Assembly (NCBI GenBank): GCA_963422265.1 | Contig: OY729416.1 | Coordinates: 608,001 to 672,000, forward strand | DNA: 64,000 nt | DNA from: Thermodesulfobacteriota bacterium | Lineage (GTDB): Bacteria; Desulfobacterota_D; UBA1144; Nemesobacterales; UBA2774 | Direction of reading: 5' to 3' | In this document: piece after piece, positions 60,488 through 64,000 of the stretch | Position numbering within the stretch: the stretch's first letter is position 1 | Layout: each line of letters opens with the position of its first letter | Position numbers and translations under genes: made by a program | Notes under the pieces: generated by a model | What the model was told of the DNA's origin: nothing | Seen by the model: the letters and a program-made list of their open reading frames with translations, nothing else | Databases searched by the model: none

Positions 60488-62200
60488 CTAAGATAACAAC
60501 GCCTCTTGTACTGTTTCAGCTACGTTCTCAAGTTTAACGTTCTTGGAAGCACCCCCTTTACGCAGCTTTATCTCAGCCTCGCCGTTCTTAATTGTCCTTG
60601 GACCTATTGCAACGTGAACCGGCACTCCGATTAGATCGGCATCCTTTAACTTAAACCCGGGCCCAACGTCTCTGTCATCTATTACCACCTCAAAACCAAG
60701 CTCTAAAAGCTCATTATAGATTTTTTCAGAAGCGGATAATATATCTTCATCTTTAATCTTTAGCGGTAACACGCTGACTTCAAAGGGGGCGATCGCCCTA
60801 GGTAAAATCATACCGCCCTCGTCATGGTTTTGCTCTATAGCCGCTGCTACCGTACGCCCTATTCCAATACCATAGCAACCCATAATAAAAGGCTTCTCAT
60901 TACCGCTTGAGTCCACAAAAGTAGCGTTCATAGCCTCGCTGTATTTAGTCCCCAGCATAAATACGTGACCGACCTCTATTCCCCTTGTTGAAGTCAACGT
61001 TCCGTTTTTACAATTGGGGCACGGATCATACTCTGAGGACACCCTTATATCAGCAAATTGATTAACTGTGTAGTCTCTATCGTGATTGACATTGATAACG
61101 TGATAATCCACTCTATTAGCCCCCGTAACGGAGTTACGCATATCTTGAACCGCTTGATCGGCAACCAAATGAATTTTAAGCCCAACGGGTCCGCTAAAGC
61201 CCATATCCCCACCCGTCACTTTGCGAATTGTCTCAGGGCTTGCCAGTTCTACAAGCTCTGCACCTAGGGCTTTCCTCAATTTAGTAAGACTTAATTCGTG
61301 ATCGCCTCTTAGTAACGCCGCAATAGGCCGTCCGTCAATCTCAACTATCATAGTCTTTATTAAATTAGAGGATACTACATTTAGAAATTCAGCTACTTCC
61401 TCAACTGTTTTCAGGTTAGGAGTATGAATCTCTGACAAGGAACGCAGTCCTTGTTTTGCACTTTCTGAAACGCAAGTTGGCTTCCCTATCTCCGCAAGCT
61501 CCAGATTCGCCGCATAGTTACATTTATCGCAACTCATTATCACATCCTCACCAGTCGGAGCAAGTACCATAAACTCATGTGAGAAATTACCACCTATATT
61601 GCCCGTATCAGCAAGAACCGCCCTAAATTCAAGCCCGCAACGCTCGAATACACGGCTATACGCCTCATACATAGACCAGTAAGATTTCTCCGCTTCTTCA
61701 ACTCCGGCACCAAAGCTATAGGCGTCCTTCATAATGAATTCGCGCGCTCGCATTACGCCAAACCTGGGGCGTATTTCATCCCTGAACTTAGTCTGAATCT
61801 GATACAAAGTGATCGGGAGCTGCTTATACGAGCGTATATCCCGCCTGACTACGTCAGTTATAATTTCTTCGTGAGTTGGCCCTATGCAGAACTCTCGTTC
61901 CGCCCGATCATTAAACCTGAGAAGCTCTCTGCCATAATAATCCCACCTTCCGCTCTCTTTCCATAGCTCGGCAGGTGAAACCGCTGGCATAAGAAGCTCA
62001 ATAGCGCCCGCCCTATTCATTTCTTCACGGACCATATTCTCTACCTTCTTGATTGAACGGAGTCCCAAGGGAAGATAATTATAGATTCCGGCAGCCAGCT
62101 TTCTTATCATCCCTGCCCTTATCATAAGCTTATGGCTTACAATCTCGGCATCAGCAGGATCCTCTTTAAGGGTTGGCACAAAATACGAAGAATATCTCAC
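60488..62200 (-). CDS. proS: Prolyl-tRNA synthetase (with editing insertion)
   Basis: ESGRW, GPTHEE, FRDEIRPRFG, GIEVGH, MGCYGIG; GTG start 62200. Confidence 0.98.
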   Translation of the reverse strand: MRYSSYFVPTLKEDPADAEIVSHKLMIRAGMIRKLAAGIYNYLPLGLRSIKKVENMVREEMNRAGAIELLMPAVSPAELWKESGRWDYYGRELLRFNDRAEREFCIGPTHEEIITDVVRRDIRSYKQLPITLYQIQTKFRDEIRPRFGVMRAREFIMKDAYSFGAGVEEAEKSYWSMYEAYSRVFERCGLEFRAVLADTGNIGGNFSHEFMVLAPTGEDVIMSCDKCNYAANLELAEIGKPTCVSESAKQGLRSLSEIHTPNLKTVEEVAEFLNVVSSNLIKTMIVEIDGRPIAALLRGDHELSLTKLRKALGAELVELASPETIRKVTGGDMGFSGPVGLKIHLVADQAVQDMRNSVTGANRVDYHVINVNHDRDYTVNQFADIRVSSEYDPCPNCKNGTLTSTRGIEVGHVFMLGTKYSEAMNATFVDSSGNEKPFIMGCYGIGIGRTVAAAIEQNHDEGGMILPRAIAPFEVSVLPLKIKDEDILSASEKIYNELLELGFEVVIDDRDVGPGFKLKDADLIGVPVHVAIGPRTIKNGEAEIKLRKGGASKNVKLENVAETVQEALLS

Positions 62201-62591
62201 ATTGGTGATATAATTTACCAAGTATTTGGGTTAAAGACAACACGGAGGAGAGCACGAAACGGTGATGAGGATAGAAGTACCCGTGTCTCTGCTCAGCCCA
62301 TTATTCAGTGTGATGGTTCTTCAGGGTAAACAAGTTCAAAATGACGCAGATAGAAAATCCATAATAATCCTATTTAGCTACCCTACCTTTCAAGCCTATC
62401 TACAATCATCTGTATAATATACCTTCAACAACTTGTTTATAATATAACTTAGTCCTCACAAACATTGACTTTAAGTTATGAGTGGTTACCTTGCCAAGTT
62501 AAACTACATTGAAGCAACCCTTAAATGCATTACCCACAATATAAATTAACTTACAATGGTTCGGTAAGTTCACCGGACATGAAGGGAGATA

Positions 62592-63239
62592 TTGATGGAT
62601 TTTTTCTCAGGCGTTTTTGATATAGTAAGAAAATCTGGCACTTTTGGATATCCGATCATCCTTTGCTCTATCTTTGGGCTAGCCATATTTTTACAAAAAA
62701 TGTGGATGTTAAGGATTAATAAGATTGTCCCTTATGACTTTCTGGAACATCTTTATGGCTTTCTAAGGCAGGGCAAATTTGGCGGCGCTGAGGCTTATAC
62801 AAGGCAATCCAATGCCTCATCAATTTCAAGAATAGCGATCGCGGCTTTTGAAAATTCTAATAAATCCAGAGGCGAGCTGAGAGTGGATATAGAGGAAGCG
62901 GGAGAGAAAGAAGCTCTCGAGCTGACGAGACACATATCATGGCTAGGGGCGATTAGCAACGTCTCTACCCTTCTCGGGCTATTGGGAACTATATCTGGTA
63001 TGATCAAAATATTCGGCGTGATTGCCGACTCTCCAGTAGTCAATCCACCTGAGCTTGCGGGAGGAATATCCGAGGCGTTATACACAACAGCATTCGGGTT
63101 GTTTGTAGCCATACCCGCGTTTATTGCCTACAGATACATATCCAGCAAAGCGGACGAGCTAATTTTCCTCATGGAAGAGGAAGGTAGAAGAATAATGGAA
63201 TACGTCATGGTAACACAAGAAAAAAGTGATGTAGTATAA
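62592..63239 (+). CDS. exbB: MotA/TolQ/ExbB proton channel
   Basis: LLGLLGTISGMI, GISEALYTTAFGL. Confidence 0.9.
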   Translation: MMDFFSGVFDIVRKSGTFGYPIILCSIFGLAIFLQKMWMLRINKIVPYDFLEHLYGFLRQGKFGGAEAYTRQSNASSISRIAIAAFENSNKSRGELRVDIEEAGEKEALELTRHISWLGAISNVSTLLGLLGTISGMIKIFGVIADSPVVNPPELAGGISEALYTTAFGLFVAIPAFIAYRYISSKADELIFLMEEEGRRIMEYVMVTQEKSDVV

Positions 63240-63254
63240 GCAAGGAAAACTATA

Positions 63255-63692
63255 ATGAAATTCAGACCGCAAAGTAGGCGAATAGCGTCAGCCGGCGGAG
63301 GACTTGACGTTACCCCCATAGTAGATGTTGTGTTTAACCTTCTTATATTCTTTGCAGTAACGCTAAATTTCGCGGTTAATGCAGGGCTTGATATAAAACT
63401 GCCCTCTGCCGCGTCCGCCAAACCCGTTGAAACCAAAGAAATAACAATTAATCTCACAAAAGATGGAAACATCTTCTATAACGATACGAAGATAGAAGTC
63501 GAAAGTCTTGCTCCAAAGCTAAGAGCAATAGAAAACAAGAAATCGGTGGTGGTAATTCGGGCTGATGGTCTCGTCCCTCACGGTAAGGTTGTGAAAGTGA
63601 TAGATATCGCCAAGTCAGAAGGATTATCTCGTCTGGCGATTGCGACTGACACTTCTACAAACGTTAAAAAAGAGAAGACAAAAAGAAACTAA
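63255..63692 (+). CDS. exbD: ExbD/TolR
   Basis: DVTPIVDVVFNLLIFF, IRAD..VPHG.VV. Confidence 0.92.
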   Translation: MKFRPQSRRIASAGGGLDVTPIVDVVFNLLIFFAVTLNFAVNAGLDIKLPSAASAKPVETKEITINLTKDGNIFYNDTKIEVESLAPKLRAIENKKSVVVIRADGLVPHGKVVKVIDIAKSEGLSRLAIATDTSTNVKKEKTKRN

Positions 63693-64000
63693 TTGCAAAA
63701 TAGATTTCCCTTAGTAGGTTATTTACTCCTCGTGGGAACAGCATTTTTTACTGCTTTATCCTACGCTTTTGGAAGGGCGGTAGATAGGAATCTCGATCCT
63801 GAAACCACGACTTTTTTCTGGTTCTTCGGAGCCTTTATTTGCTCAATTATCGTAGTAATCGCAACTCCTTCCCAAAAAGCCGAAGCTAAAAAACTAAGAA
63901 ATTACATCAAGATTTTCATTTACACATCGATGCTGACCTCGGTGGGAGCGGTCCTCTGGATAACGTCAATAAGGACGATTGGAATCCCTATCACCTCTTT
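63693..64000 (+). CDS. Membrane protein, DMT/EamA-like, 3'-partial
   Basis: TTG directly after the exbD stop; open frame GYLLLVGTAFFTALSYAFG..LDPETTTFFWF with three transmembrane segments. Confidence 0.65.
   Translation, partial: MQNRFPLVGYLLLVGTAFFTALSYAFGRAVDRNLDPETTTFFWFFGAFICSIIVVIATPSQKAEAKKLRNYIKIFIYTSMLTSVGAVLWITSIRTIGIPITS

Noticed and set aside
62222-62590. T-box, riboswitch or small ORF upstream of proS
   Set aside because: No recognisable T-box or aptamer consensus; the candidate short ORFs are not convincing

Overview
Bacterial chromosomal window, mostly housekeeping genes (clpB, recF, cysS, nnr-tsaE-lysC-cimA, nth, secG-tpiA, def, apt-aroB-trmB, ffs-dnaX-ybaB-recR, der, proS, exbBD) with four intact tRNAs and the SRP RNA. 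The gene order looks deltaproteobacterial-like; that is inference only. An accessory/defence island of about 16 kb lies between tRNA-Arg(ACG) and recF. It holds a decayed duplicate of the tRNA-Arg locus, a PLD-SNF2 helicase, mazEF, a type IIG restriction-modification gene, an FRG-TPR gene, REP-like repeats, a Cre-like tyrosine recombinase followed by an HsdR-N nuclease gene bracketed by identical 81-bp palindromic direct repeats, a broken dinJ-yafQ pair and an AAA pseudogene. Smaller remnants follow both tRNA-Ser genes. Best novelty candidates: (1) three tandem small paralogues with a conserved 8-ligand Cys/His zinc-finger-like motif, divergent from a radical SAM gene, in a window that also encodes a Cdc48/p97-like ATPase; (2) the recombinase plus repeat-bounded cassette. 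All calls come from reading motifs by eye; no searches were run.
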